DNA from: Eledone cirrhosa | Lineage: Eukaryota | Length of the DNA: 64,000 bases | Direction of reading: 5' to 3' | Assembly: GCA_964016885.1 (NCBI GenBank) | Contig: OZ024741.1 | Coordinates: forward strand, 238,824,001-238,888,000 | Shown: positions 50,663 to 64,000 of the stretch, piece after piece | How positions within the stretch are numbered: position 1 is the first letter of the stretch | Layout of the letters: each line of letters starts with the position of its first letter | The notes under the pieces: model-generated | What the model was told of the DNA's origin: nothing | Database searches by the model: none | The model's input: only the letters and a program-made list of their open reading frames with translations | Made by a program: the position numbers and the translations under genes

Positions 50663-51289
50663 ATATGTATGTTTATATATTGTTATACTTGGGGGGAGGG
50701 TCATATTGTTATAATATTGCCAGAAATAATAACAGAACACAGTCACTGTTTATCATTGATTGACCAGCGGTTAAAAATACAGATATAAATGTATATATAT
50801 AGACTATCAAAGTTCTTTTGTCGCACATCCGTGACATCATCAGTGGTGCTATTATGTTTCCTCCCATTGTATTGTAAAGTTTATGCCATTTTTATTTTAT
50901 TTATTTATTCATGTATTTCCTCTTGTCCCTGTCTCTGCGCATGCATTTGCATGTGTGTGTTCATGTTTGAGTGAGAAATAAATAAATAAATAAAATAAAA
51001 ATGGTGTAAACTTTACAATACAATGGGAGGAAACAATAGTACCACTGATGATGTCGCAGATATGTTATGAAAGAACTTTATACATATATATAAATATATT
51101 CATTTATATATATATATATGTATATGTATGTTTATACAAATAAATAAATATATATATATATATATTTATTAAAATAACAGATTAAAGTTTAAGAAAAGAA
51201 TCGCTGCTTTCATCCTTAACGGGATCTTCTGAAACTATAAAATTAATCTGTGAACGCAGAAGTAAATATTTCGAAAAACGTTGAAGACA

Positions 51290-52985
51290 GCTAAGATCTT
51301 TCTCTCCCTTATTATGAAGCATCCCCCCCCCCCCCCAGCACATAAATATAGTAACATTTTTAATAGAAATACCACTAAAATTTCTTACTCTACGATTCTT
51401 AACCTTGCACAGCTTCAAATTTAGCTAAATTACCTAGCCGTAGGAACACGTGCAACCCTGTAGCTAGTACTAACTGTAATTGTAGGAATCGGGCTGACTT
51501 CCCCCTATCCGGGAAATGCCTCTATAGTAACATTGTCTACAAATGTAAGGTTGAAACACCCACGTCCCGTAGGGCCTACATAGGGTTAACCGCCAATAGA
51601 TTCAAGCAGCGTCTTTACATGCATACCCATTCTTTTCTTAACCCTTTAAGAAGGAATGTGACGTCACTTTCAGCTTATATCTGGAGTCTAAAAGACAACG
51701 ACACCCAATATAAGTTACACTGGGAGATCCTAGCTAGGGCTAGATCGTATAACGGAAATAAAAAACCATGTGACCTCTGCGCCGCTGAAGCCATGGAAAT
51801 ACTCTACGCCAAAGACCACATCTTAAACAAAAAATCTGAGGTAATTTCGGCTTGTAAACATAAATTGCACAAAACTTTCGTGTATTACAGCCCCACGTTA
51901 TAACCTAATGGATAGTACGAACTATACGCGTATAATTTACGTCTTGATGTGGTAGCTAAGTATATTTTATGTTTATACCACATTACTTATTTGTATAGGT
52001 AAGTATATATTACCTGTATGTTTTGTGTAGGTACGTATACTTTCTCGTATATATATTTGCTTGTATATGTTATAGCATATATATTATATTATATATACTG
52101 GTACATGTGCATATGGTTATGTGTATACGTGAGTTTTGCGTCTGTGTGAGTATGCGGGTTCGCACGTATGTAGGGTGTGTGCATTTGTGAACTTTGTGTT
52201 TTGGTTGACGTAGTTTTGCGAACATATGTGTATTTACATGTAGATATGTGTGTGCAGCATTATATACGTATTTATGTGTGTGTATTTATATACGTTTATT
52301 TAATTATATGTATACACGCACACACACACATATATATATATATATTTCTTATTTATATTTTTATGTGTATTTCGTGTATACGTTCGTATGTGTGCGGGTA
52401 CAGGCGTTGCGTGGGTTCTGTAAGTGCGCGCGTGTTTTTGTGTACGTGCTCGTATTTGCATACCCAAGGCGGGTGTTTTCGCGTATGCATGTGTATTTAC
52501 GTATATGGATGCGTGCATGTTTATATTTTTGTTGATTTCAATTACCTCTGTTATTTATTTACATTATTCATAACTCTGAAGCCGAGAATCATTCGGTTTC
52601 CTAAATAGAATTTTAGTCTACGACTTCATTTATACCATAAACGTGAATTTGTCTTTGTGTGTAATTGTTTTCTCTGCTCCAAATAATGACGTATTATCTT
52701 CATTTTTTTTTGCCGTTCTTTGCCAGGGAACGTTTCCACGAACCAAAGTATCGTCTTCCTGTCGTCCTTCGGTTGCAACGTTTTTTGAAATATTTACTTC
52801 TGCCTTCTCAGATTGATTTTTTTAGTTTCAGAAGATCCCGTTAAGGGTGAAATCAGCGATTCTTTGCTTAAACTTTAATCTGTTATTTTAATAAATATTT
52901 GCTCTACGGTTCTTATATATTTGATATATATTTTCCTTATCAAGCCCTCTTTGGATTTTAGTCTTCAATTTTATTATTATTACTA
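51290..52985 (+). mobile_element. 5'-truncated Penelope-like element: RT-linker, GIY-YIG (to 51903) and long 3' UTR; inverted terminal fragment at 51165-51285
   Basis: HKYSNIFNRNTTKISYS..CNCRNRADFPLSGKCLYSNIVYKC..AYIGLTANRFKQRLYMHTHSF..TSLSAYIWSLK..WEIL..CDLCAAE..LNKKSEVISACKH. Confidence 0.9.
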
Positions 52986-53005
52986 TATATATATGTATAT
53001 ATATG

Positions 53006-53056
<51 letters not shown>

Positions 53057-53089
53057 GTATATTTATATATGTATATATATGTATATTTG

Positions 53090-53157
<68 letters not shown>

Positions 53158-53585
53158 CAACCTTATAGTTATAAGGTTGGTAATTTAAAACTCTACTTCG
53201 GAGAATTGATTCTGACTTAGTTCTCTATTTAATTGCCAACCTGTAGGTGTTGTAATCCATACAGTAACAGTTAAACTCACATGTAATAATTCTTTACACA
53301 CATCTCACTGTGTAACACACTGCTCTCCTGTGTAATATATTTATATAAGTTAAAACAATGAAATAAAAATTCAAGTCATTCGAAATATACTTTACTGCTT
53401 TACGATCGTTTCTAGGTGATCAATTTTTATTTCATTGTTTTAACTTATATAATGAATCTGTTTTCCTTTTAATGTTTTATCGTTTTCCAGGATTTATTTT
53501 AACCTATAACATTTTCAACATATGGATTACATTGAGTTCTTCATGCAGACTAGATCCCACAACTTACCGTGGATATCTCTGTGTC

Positions 53586-53747
53586 TATATATATATATAT
53601 GTATAATTATATATATATTCATATATATATATGTATATTTATATATATATTCATATATATATATATATATATGTGTATATTTATATATATATTCATATAT
53701 ATATATATATATATATATGTGTATATTTATATATATATTCATATATG

Positions 53748-53828
<81 letters not shown>

Positions 53829-54095
53829 ATATTTATATATATATTCATATATATATATATGTATATTTATACATATATTCATATATATATAATATACATA
53901 CATATATATGAATATATATATAAATATACATATATATATATGAATATATATATAAATTTACATATATATTATGAGTTAATTACTGTATTTTATATTATTT
54001 ATATATATATATGTGTATTTATATATATATATATATATGTATGTTTATATATATATATATATATATATGTGTGTATGTTTATATATATATGTATG

Positions 54096-54128
<33 letters not shown>

Positions 54129-54188
54129 GTTTATATATATATAAACATACATATATATATATAAACATACATATATATATATATGTAT

Positions 54189-54252
<64 letters not shown>

Positions 54253-54276
54253 TTATATATATATATATATATATAT

Positions 54277-54332
<56 letters not shown>

Positions 54333-54378
54333 TTATATATATATATATGTATGTTTATATATGTATATATCTATATAT
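53586..54378. repeat. ~800-bp compound (TA)n microsatellite
   Basis: Directly visible. Confidence 0.95.
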
Positions 54379-54790
54379 AGGTGCTGGATATTATATTCAT
54401 TTTAACAATGAGGAAGATCAATAACAAAGACTAACATATTTAAAATGAAAACATTGATGAAATAGTTTTCCAAACTTGGAAAATCAACTGTTGGAATGAC
54501 ATGAAGCTATTTATATACACTTGTCAGACATAACAGGGGTGGGGTGGGGGTGTAATATATGCATTCATACATATACACATGAACACAATGTGTAGATAAG
54601 TGCTAATTTAAAAAATGTGTGTATTGGGTGATATTTAATGAGGAGGGGTATCATTAAATGTGCATGTGCAAATGAGTGAGAGAGCGAGCAAATGATAACC
54701 ACCTATTTTTAGTTGATAGTTAATAATTTATATAATTTGAATAGGTAAGTCCAGAACTTGTCATAGCATAAGTAAATTAAATGTATTCAC

Positions 54791-54956
54791 CTAACACTCC
54801 TGGAATTTCTTCATATTGTTCGGTGAAGCCCTTAGTCCAACAATGGCTGCTGTCTCCCTGTATTGGCATTGTGTCAGTGAGATAGCGGGAGCCATTCTCA
54901 GTATTCTGTTCAGGCTGTTCACTGTGTGGTGCTATTTCCATTGACTCATGATACAT
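54791..54956 (-). CDS. Candidate internal coding exon of an unknown host gene (166 nt)
   Basis: Acceptor with long T run ..gaaatccctcag|, donor AG|gtgaat, one open frame MYHESMEIAPHSEQPEQNTENGSRYLTDTMPIQGDSSHCWTKGFTEQYEEIPGVL, higher GC than flanks. Confidence 0.45.
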
Positions 54957-57900
54957 CTGAGGGATTTCAAAAAAAAAAAAGAATATCCCAAATAATTAAA
55001 GAAAATAGTACCATACTATTCCTTATAAATGCTAATTCATTTCTATTATATAGACATGAAGAATGAAATCTCATATAGGAGGGGAAAAGAGGAAGACACA
55101 AGGTTCAACTTTCCCCAGTGATCATTAGTGATATAAATTCCAGCTGGACATTGGAATTGAGTCATAGATTCCGTTTAAAAACTTTACTAAAGCACAAAAT
55201 TTATTGTCTTTTTAAATAAATGCGGAGAGCTAATTATTTGAAACTCAGGGGATATGATGAAGAAAAACGACAATAATGAAAATAATGATCTAATTATTGT
55301 TCCTTTTATTACTATAAGTGATAAAATCTGTTTTTTATATAGAGGTTATTGAGTATTTTCAGAAAGGAAAATCAAAATTTGTGATCCCCCCCCCCCCGGT
55401 GGTGAGGGTGGAGATGGCAGGGCAATGTAATGTGTAAGAGGGAGGGGAGGAGGTGGAGCCGGCAGAACAGACTGCTAAGTGAGAGGCAGTAGTATTGCTG
55501 TATGTGTGGGAGGGTAGCCTTCCCTGAGGCAAATTTGATTTGTGTTTTGTTTTGTTTGTTTTTAGATCTGAAAGGGGGAGGGTTCACTTCCTATGACCTT
55601 TGCAAGCCCTTTTTATATTGGTGAGATTAAAGTTAGTGGTTCGATGCCAAGCTTTGACATCTGCACGGAAAGGTAGGGTTGTGTTCAGCAGAGTGAAACA
55701 TTGTTAAATGCAGTGAATTGAAATATGATAGTAGAGACAGTTCATTGCAGTGCTTAATGGCTTATTGGAAAGTAATTCTATTTTAATTTCCTTTATCATG
55801 ACAAAAAGGAAAAACGCCAGTTAGCCTTCCTTGGTAACAATAAAGACGGCTCAGAAACAATAGAGCAATATTACAGTATTTAGTTATATCTCTTTATTTC
55901 TCAATTTAAAATTTCGTCTATCTGACTCTGGATTCGATTCAATAAGCTATAAGCTTACTTATTCTCAAATATTTTTGTCTGTATTTATCAATGAAAGAAA
56001 TAATAATCAAAACTCCAAGGTAAACAACTCTAGAAGACCAGATCAAATTCAAGGTAGATAACTCTTGTATACTTTAAATGTTGAAATAATCGAGTTGGTG
56101 CAAGTGGAATAAGACAGTGATGAGAATAATGTGGAGTGTAACTAAAGTTGCGTTGTAAATAACTTAATCTACAATGGAAACAACGAAAAGCATGAGCAAA
56201 TTTTAATTGTAAGGTTCTTTCTTTTTTTATCGACGAAGAGAATGAGATTGTAACAAGAAAACTATCTCTGTAAACTAAATAAGTGAAACAACTGCGGTGT
56301 CAAAAAAAAAAAGAATCTTTTTTAAAATCAGAAACCATCGAATGAATCATTAAAAAAATTGTCAAAAACTAATTATTTTAGCTAACATAATTTACGAAGC
56401 CTTACTAATGTTTATGGAAAGAACATAATTTCTGATTAACTGGAATTGTTCTCGTTAAGAAGCTAAATAAATGCAATTTGCGAAAATGTTATACACTGGA
56501 TTTTTGAGGAAAATAATGGCTCATGTCAATGCGTGAGAGAATTATATATGGAAGGCTTATGGTCTAGTGGTTAGGCTGTTTGTCTCACAATTGTAAAGTC
56601 ACAATTTTGATACCAGGATGTTGGTCTCACGATTGTAAGATCACAGTTTTGATACCTGGACCAGGCAGTGCAGTGTGTTATTGAGCAAGGTATTTCATTT
56701 CATATTGCTCCACTACACCCAGCAGATAAAATTATTATCAACAGCATCTTGTGATGGACTGGCATTCAATCCTGTATTCTCTCACTTAATGCCACATAAA
56801 ACAGGGATAAGCTCTGTCCTGTTGACTTTCTAGGCTCAAGAATGTCTTTGATCCTTTTTTTAACTGTAAATAAGCAATATGGTTTTGGAAACTGTACAAT
56901 AGTTTTTAAAGTTATCTTTTTTATTATTAACTTTTATCTGTATTAGATTGGGAGAAGCATTAACGCACCAAAGAAAATGCTTTGTGGAATTTGTTCCAAT
57001 TCATTACATTCTGAGTTCACATCTCACCAGGGTCAAATTTGCCTTTCATTTCCAGGGTCGATAAAGTACTAGTAGCAGTTTTATGTAAGGTGTAAAGGCG
57101 TGATCACACCTTGCATAATATTCTATATCTACATTGTGTAGTTTAATTGAGATGCTCTACATGTAGAAAACAAAAATAGTGAAAGACATGATCTTGTGGA
57201 ATTCCCTTTAGATGAATATACATTTAAGAGTATTTGTAATTACATTATAGCCCATTTATTCAAATAAATAATTTACAAGCCTGCTCTCTATTGAATAAAT
57301 AATAGGAAACTGATTTGAAAACTTTTATAAAATAAATTGTAGTTAGATTAGTTTGATGGTGAGTCTTCCTAGTATTAATTAGAACATAGTGTATTAGTTA
57401 ATGGAAAGTTTGATTGTTTGGAGAATGTATTGGAGAGTGTTTCTATTATATTGAGGATAAATTTTTCTGAGAAAGATTAGCAAGGATGTATAAGTTGGTA
57501 GTATCATGCCATGGCATTAATGTTTTTTGTTTTTTCTAATGTTCATACTCTTGCCATTTGTCCATTTTTAGAAGAGACACTAAATTAATTGACTGGTAAA
57601 TCCATCAATCAAGTCTTCTACACCATAGTGTTTTTAAAACAGGGAACATATCTTTATATTCTAAATATTAGACATGTATGCTTATAATAAAAGCAGAATG
57701 ACCACAGATAGACATGTCAATTTAATCATACAGATACTTTACATCTCATCAATTTTCTTTTTATTAGTAGATTTTATTGACAAATGAGATGCAAAACCAT
57801 TGTTAAAGTTTTAACGAAAGTTATGTGTTTTATTTTGTAATATTGTATTTTAGTCTCCACAAGTAGCATAAGCCCCACTTTCACTGACTAAAATGTCTAT

Positions 57901-58102
57901 CAAATTCTATTCAACTCTGCTACATCCAGTTTCAATATCAAATTGCTATTTTCCTCTGAAATGTTCTTATTCTTCATGAGTGTATATTACTGATAACTTT
58001 CCTTTGCTTCATACCCAACACCTAAGAAAACTTCCACAGGTTTTGACTTTAGATTCCTTCATATAAAATGACTGCATGAAACCACATGTGATAATTCATT
58101 AT

Positions 58103-58280
58103 CAGTATCGGTAGAGGGTCGGACGCCATGCTTTGATGCATAGGGTTACGGCCCTTTCCATTCTGAGTTCAAATCCCGCCGAGGTCAACTTTGCCTTTCA
58201 CCCTTACGGCGTCGATAAAATAAAGTACCAGTAATGTACTGAGTAATTGCTGGCCTTGTGCCAAAAGTAGAAACAATTAT
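58103..58280 (+). mobile_element. tRNA-derived SINE; degenerate copies also at 56945-57070, 58655-58830, 61215-61460
   Basis: cagtatcggtagagggtcggacgcc...gagttcaaatcccgccgaggtcaactttgcctttca. Confidence 0.9.
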
Positions 58281-60112
58281 AAGAAATATTGTTTTGAGAA
58301 ACATTATATTGATATGTAGGCTACAACACACATACACAAGTGAACACACAACTACATGTACACATATATACACAAATAGATATCTGTCCGTACACACATA
58401 CATAAATAAACATCTGCGCACACAAATAAATGAAAAATAGAAATGTTCCACTACATTCTGTGTAGAGCAGAGGAACATTGAAGGGGCATAACTCTGTCAG
58501 TGCTCCTGTACTGCTGCTTTTATCAAAACGAAAATGAAAATCAATAATAATAGTATTTATGGGTTCTTCATTCTGTAAACAAAGGTTGTACATCTAGATA
58601 ACAATAACAATAATATTAATAATGATTATTCTAATTTTTATTAGAATAATTAGGATTTCTATCATTGGTATAAGGTCAGAAATGCTTTTATAAGGGCACA
58701 AGGGACTAAATCTCTCTCAGTACTTGACTGGTACTTATTTAACTGAAGACAGCGGGATATAAGTATTGTGTCAACAATGGTAGAATTTGAACTCTGAACA
58801 CAGTGCTTTGGAGTAAATAAATACTGTAGAGTATTTTTTTAGTTTTTACCTATTCTTCCATAATGCTTAATTAAGGATAATTGGCACAAAGCTATATAGT
58901 TATGTGTGTGTAAGGGGTGTACAGTTGATTGGATCGAAATCTAGGGTTACTCTTGTTGAAGTTTGATGGGGTTACTCTTTTTGAAGTTTGATGTCAGAAT
59001 ATAAAGGGATAAAATGATAGTCACACACTAATGCTATCATAGGACTGGGGTCCCTATAACTAAAGGAATCTCTTATATGCTGTAGTCACACAGGAGGCCA
59101 ACTAAAATTATGCAGGTGTAAGCTTTAACAACAACAATAACAACAACAATACTACAGTATGAAGAAACTGAAGACCTTAGGTAGGATAACCTGAATGCTG
59201 CTATCTGCATTATGAATATGTTACTGTAACCAGCAGATTGTAGTTGGATTAGGATGTTTGAGGTTCAAATTCTCAGTTGGGTAAAGATCAAGGCACTGAA
59301 TATGTTCTGATAAGCTATGCTGGGAAGCTGCTGATAGCTGCAATGAATCAGCCAACACCTGTATGTAGTTGGTTCAGGGATACCCACTCTCCTTGAGAGA
59401 GTTAGAACCTGGGGGAAGGGCCGTATTGGGGTTGACATTCATTTGGGTGCATCATCTGTTGCCAGCTAACTTTCCATATCTGAAGCATGTTGAAATCTGA
59501 ATCTTGCAGCTTAGCTGTGTGATAAAGGAAAGAGTGGTGTAACATCATGGAGGACTCTAGAAACCTATCACTAATCTCAGATCTTGAACAGGCAACTGAC
59601 AACAGCTTGCGATAGCAGCAGCAATTCAATAATCTAGGTTGATGAAGAGCAAGACTTTCTTGTTCCTACACTACAACTTACTTTACCTTTATATTTATCT
59701 AAAAACCTTTAATCATAATTTTATGTAAGAACCTTTAAGTTAAGCTTCAAACACCAGTTTAATAATGAGAAATTTAATTAAATTACTACATTTCTCTTGA
59801 ATTCTTGATTATTTTGAAAATCATAGCCAGAGTCTTTCATTAGAAATATGGCAATGAAAAATGTTAAACTAACTACAGGAAAATATGTTGTAGGTGCTGT
59901 GGAGTGGATAGTGTGTAAAACAAATAGCTAATGTGCAAGTAATCCCTATATTGTCACTATTGCTTACCTTTCTTTTTGCTTACCCCAAACCACTAAAATG
60001 CAAGGGATGTCCTTCTTAGTAATCCCTTGCATTTTAATGGCTTGGGGTGAGCAATAATGACAATATAGGAATTACTTGCAAATCAGCTAATTGCTTTGCA
60101 CACTCATAATCT

Positions 60113-60800
60113 TCATTTGTGAAACCAAGCCATGATGAAAAGAACAAAACATAATTTAGGGAAAGAGAAGATGATGATTAATGTTGCTTTTGAATTTTTG
60201 CAAATTGTAGTGGTTATGAATGTGAGAAGCCGAAAGAGAATTCCATAGGCAAGATGGATGAGGGAAAAAATTATCATGATAGAAATTGTGATTGCATTTA
60301 GGAACTTTAGCTGTAAATGGATGAAACCTGGCTGCCAATCTGGTGCTCTGTTTAAATTTGTGAAGATGAGGTAACAAAGAGGGAAGCTCATCAAAACAAT
60401 CCCTGTGAAAATATTTATAAAAGAGGCACAGAGAGATAACATTTCAACAGTGTGATAGTGATTGAAGCTGACATGATAAGTCAGAACCAATAATGTTGAC
60501 AATTCTTCTTTGGATCTTATCGAGGCTCTCAAGGTGCATGGCAGAAGCACCAGACGAGATGTGGCAACAGTACTCAATACAAGGACAAATGGTAAATTTA
60601 TAAAGATATAAGATATTTTTAGGCATGAAACATTTTCTGGCAATTGATGTGCTATAATCATTCCAGTGCAAATCAGTGGAAAATGTCAGACCAAGAAGGT
60701 GTATAGAGTTGCTCTCTTGGAGGATATGATCAGCCATTCTAATGGAAGGCAAAAGTGGTTCTCTATGGCAATTAAAAAATAGTTTCATCTTAGATGCATT
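60113..60800 (-). pseudogene. CR1/L2-type LINE RT C-terminal fragment
   Basis: IHLLGLTFSTDLHWNDY..LYLYK.TICPCIEYCCHISSGA..LDKIQRR..NFFPHPSCLWNSL..YNLQKFKSNIN. Confidence 0.85.
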
Positions 60801-60829
60801 AAAGATAACAACTCTCTTCTTCTTCTTCC

Positions 60830-61075
60830 AATTATTCCTGAGAGGGTCATGGGGACAGAGTCATCAAACACTCCTTCTTGTGGGTCCTGTCAGAAGCAAC
60901 CATCTCCAACTGATCCAGCTGGATCCCCAAGTGAGACCAGCCAAACTCATGGATATTATCTAATCATCTTGCATGGGGTCTAACCCTGGGTGTCCTGCTG
61001 ATTGGTTTTACCTGTAAAATCTGTCCAGCAATTCTAACCACATGCCCATAGTATCGGAGCTGAGATCTCAAATTT
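60830..61075 (-). mobile_element. RTE (Expander-like) 3' fragment
   Basis: Homologous to 2400-2590. Confidence 0.7.
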
Positions 61076-61650
61076 TCGAAAAGTGGAGAAGGGTTCCATG
61101 CCAATGGCAGTCAAGCACAGGTCAGTCGGTCCTAAGAAGTGGGTGAAAGTTTGTATGAAAGGTGCCGGATCGGTTATCATTGTCATCTGGATTCCACTAA
61201 TAACACTCATGGGCCAGATGTTGGTGATAAATTGAGTGACAACCACCCAAGAAGGCCATGGCAAGATTTGAACTCAAGACTGGAGTGAATGCTACAAGGC
61301 ATTCAGCCCAATGCTTTAGAGATTCTACCAGTTCACCACTTTTGACTGGTACTTTATTTATTGATACCAAAAAGATGAAAGGTGAAGGTAATCTCAATGG
61401 TAATCTCAACTCAGAATGCAAGGAGCTAGAATGAAAATTTTGTCAAATTCTCTAATGCTTCTGCAGATTTATCACATAAAGAATAACACTTAAATAATTT
61501 TCAAAGAAAACATCAAAATCTATTTTTGATGTTTCCACATAAGCTACTCTGTAATATTTTTTCTTTACTCTATTATTTTATATTAAGTGATTCCTGCTAA
61601 ACTTTACAGATATCTGTATTCAACATCTAGTAATGCTACTTAGTCTAGAC

Positions 61651-62653
61651 CAGTGGTTCTTAACAGAAATTCATATAAGAATTGTGGGGTCCATACAAAA
61701 AATAATAAATTGGGGGCCCATGGTAGTATTTTAGGGATCCATGAAAAACTTTACTTTAAAAAATATCTTAGCCTTAGAGAAAGAAAACAAATTTTTAAAA
61801 ACATAACAATGAAATAAAAGAGTTAACGAAAGTAGTTGGTTAAGAAATTCCCTAGGGAATTAATAGATTCAAAAGAAATGATACTGGAGAAAAAACAAAA
61901 ATAGTGACAACTAGAGAACAGATAATTAATTGGCTACTGACCTTTGATTATAATCAAAGGTCATAGCCAATTAATCGCTTTTGATTTAATCCACTGAGTA
62001 CTTCATATCTGCTTTTACTCAGAAAGTTGTCTTCACTAGTAAATAAATAAATACAACAGTTAAAAAAAAACACTCAATACATGAGTGTAAGTGACGTCCG
62101 AATGAGTATCATCCACTACTAACTAACTTACCCTGTGCCTCTGGGTCCTGGCCAACAGGATGGTGAATACATTGCTATGAAGGACTGCAAGGGAGATGTA
62201 TTGGAACAACCACTCCACCTCATGGGGCTTGCACCTGCGGTTGGCCAACTCTGCTCTGATAACAGTGAATAGGGATGTGGTTCAGAGACCAAGAACAACA
62301 GAGGTCTACACTGCTACAGGCTCTACCACAAACCTATCCAAGAGCAGTCAATACTTGGACAGTTTGCCCTCTTAGGCTTGGTGGGCAGCAAAACCTGGGC
62401 TGGTAGCTGAATGCACCAGATTGTTACTTAAGTAGGTGTCACACTAGAATCAGTGGGGATGAAGTGTAAATAAATTTGTATACATACATATATATAGTAA
62501 ATTTATATACATACATACTCATACACTGACACACACACACAAGAATATGGTCCCCAGTTTATTCTCCTGGAGGACTTTGGCTAGCTTTGGGTCTCCACCA
62601 AAGTAAAATAAGAATCAAAGTGGCCATAGGTAAAAAAAGGTTGAGTACCACTT
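61651..62653. mobile_element. hAT (Charlie/Buster-type) non-autonomous DNA transposon
   Basis: TIRs CAGTGGTTCTTAAC / GTTGAGTACCACTT and identical 8-bp TSD GTCTAGAC at 61643-61650 and 62654-62661. Confidence 0.8.
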
Positions 62654-63792
62654 GTCTAGACAGTTCTTTCTTAACTGAATAACTGATCTGGTCCCTGTAG
62701 GTGATGTGTGAAAGGATACATTTAGTTAATAAAGACCAAATCAATTATTTTATCTAAATTGACATTTTGATATCTCTGACCATAATTCTATTATTTTATT
62801 AATTCTGTCAATATAATTCTAGCCTAGCCCCTAATCTTCATATGTCCATATTAATATTGTCAGATAGCCCAGCTTTTCCATATTGCAAGTCACTCATGCT
62901 ACATTAAGAATAATCTTAATGGGAATATATAAGAAACTATTCCAGTTCTTTGCAAACAGATGCTCTTAAAAGCTTTTCTGTTAGAAGGTTTGATGTCCAG
63001 ATCTTATAAAAGGACATTAAGCAGCCACTACAGATGAAGAAGTATTGGTACATAACTCGCTTTATGGAGGGAATAAATGATATTTGGTTTCTTCACCAAA
63101 TTGCTAGAAAGTTCTGTTTGAGGATTTCATATATCATCATCATCATTTATCTGTTTTCTTTGCCAGCAAAGGTTGTATAGACAAGGTTGGTACTCAAGTG
63201 GGGTTACTGACCTCTCAGATTGACTGGGGGGTCTATGTCTCACATAGATACAGTTCCACACTCTCTCAAGTGCATTTTATTGTGACACCTGTGCAAGGGA
63301 ATTTGTCATGTCTTTTACACAACTAAAGGATCCTCACTAATCTTGTTTGGCAAGCAAGATTTCTACAGCTAGATGCTCTTCCTATCACCAACACTGAGGA
63401 AGTTGTCATGTCTGACACAACTGAAAGATTCTTTTAACTCTTTTTGATAGCAGGGTGCCCTTCTTATAGCTAACCACCTCACAGATGGTACAGGGTGCAT
63501 TTTCGAGGCACCAGTGCTAGAGAGGCTGTTGGTTATTGTCTTAAATTGAAAAAGAGAGGAGGGGTGGGAGGGTGATGAGTAGGAGGGAAGGGGTGACCTG
63601 ATAGTATTGGAGAAGTAATCAGAAGTGTTTTAGGATTTTTAAAGGGTGTAGGGAAGGGATGTAGTGATGGTGAGAATAACTAAGATGTGATAGTAGTGGG
63701 GGTTGTGGATGGGGTGATCGATAGTGTAGGAGATACCCCCCCCCCCTTGTGTAGTGATGGTGAGAATTCTTAAGGAGTGGTAGTGGAGGAGG

Positions 63793-63839
<47 letters not shown>

Positions 63840-64000
63840 CCTCCACTACCACTCCTTATATATATATATATAACAACAAATCATATATATATAACGACAA
63901 ATTCACCTCATGCTGCTGGACAAAAGGGCAAAGCCCCCTCCTCTTTGTTTCGGCCGCGGATGGCCAACATAACCCCAACCCCATCCCCCTCACCCCTCCC

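Overview
This is AT-rich eukaryotic DNA dominated by repeats. The tRNA-derived SINEs and the RTE LINEs with (GAT)n tails resemble octopus (coleoid cephalopod) repeats; the species call is my inference. No complete host gene is visible, only one plausible internal exon (54791-54956, minus) and a weaker terminal-exon candidate. The window is a mosaic of RTE-clade LINEs (one 5'-truncated copy with an open 655-aa RT ORF at 11545-13512), CR1/L2 fragments, a CRE-type endonuclease fragment, Penelope-like elements (PLEs) with GIY-YIG remnants, about 20 SINE copies, a hAT MITE and very long (TA)n/(TATG)n arrays. Most short ORFs in the track are microsatellite noise. The main hidden signal is a set of minimal type I hammerhead ribozymes from several unrelated non-coding PLE-like repeat families. 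Some show compensatory stem changes between copies, some have variant cores (CCGAUGA, CAGAAGA), and one has a stem II of about 80 nt. They usually sit in inverted or tandem arrangements next to (TA)n. Also notable is a C4HC3 PHD-like finger inserted inside the RT domain of the RTE elements. All structures were folded by eye and boundaries are approximate.
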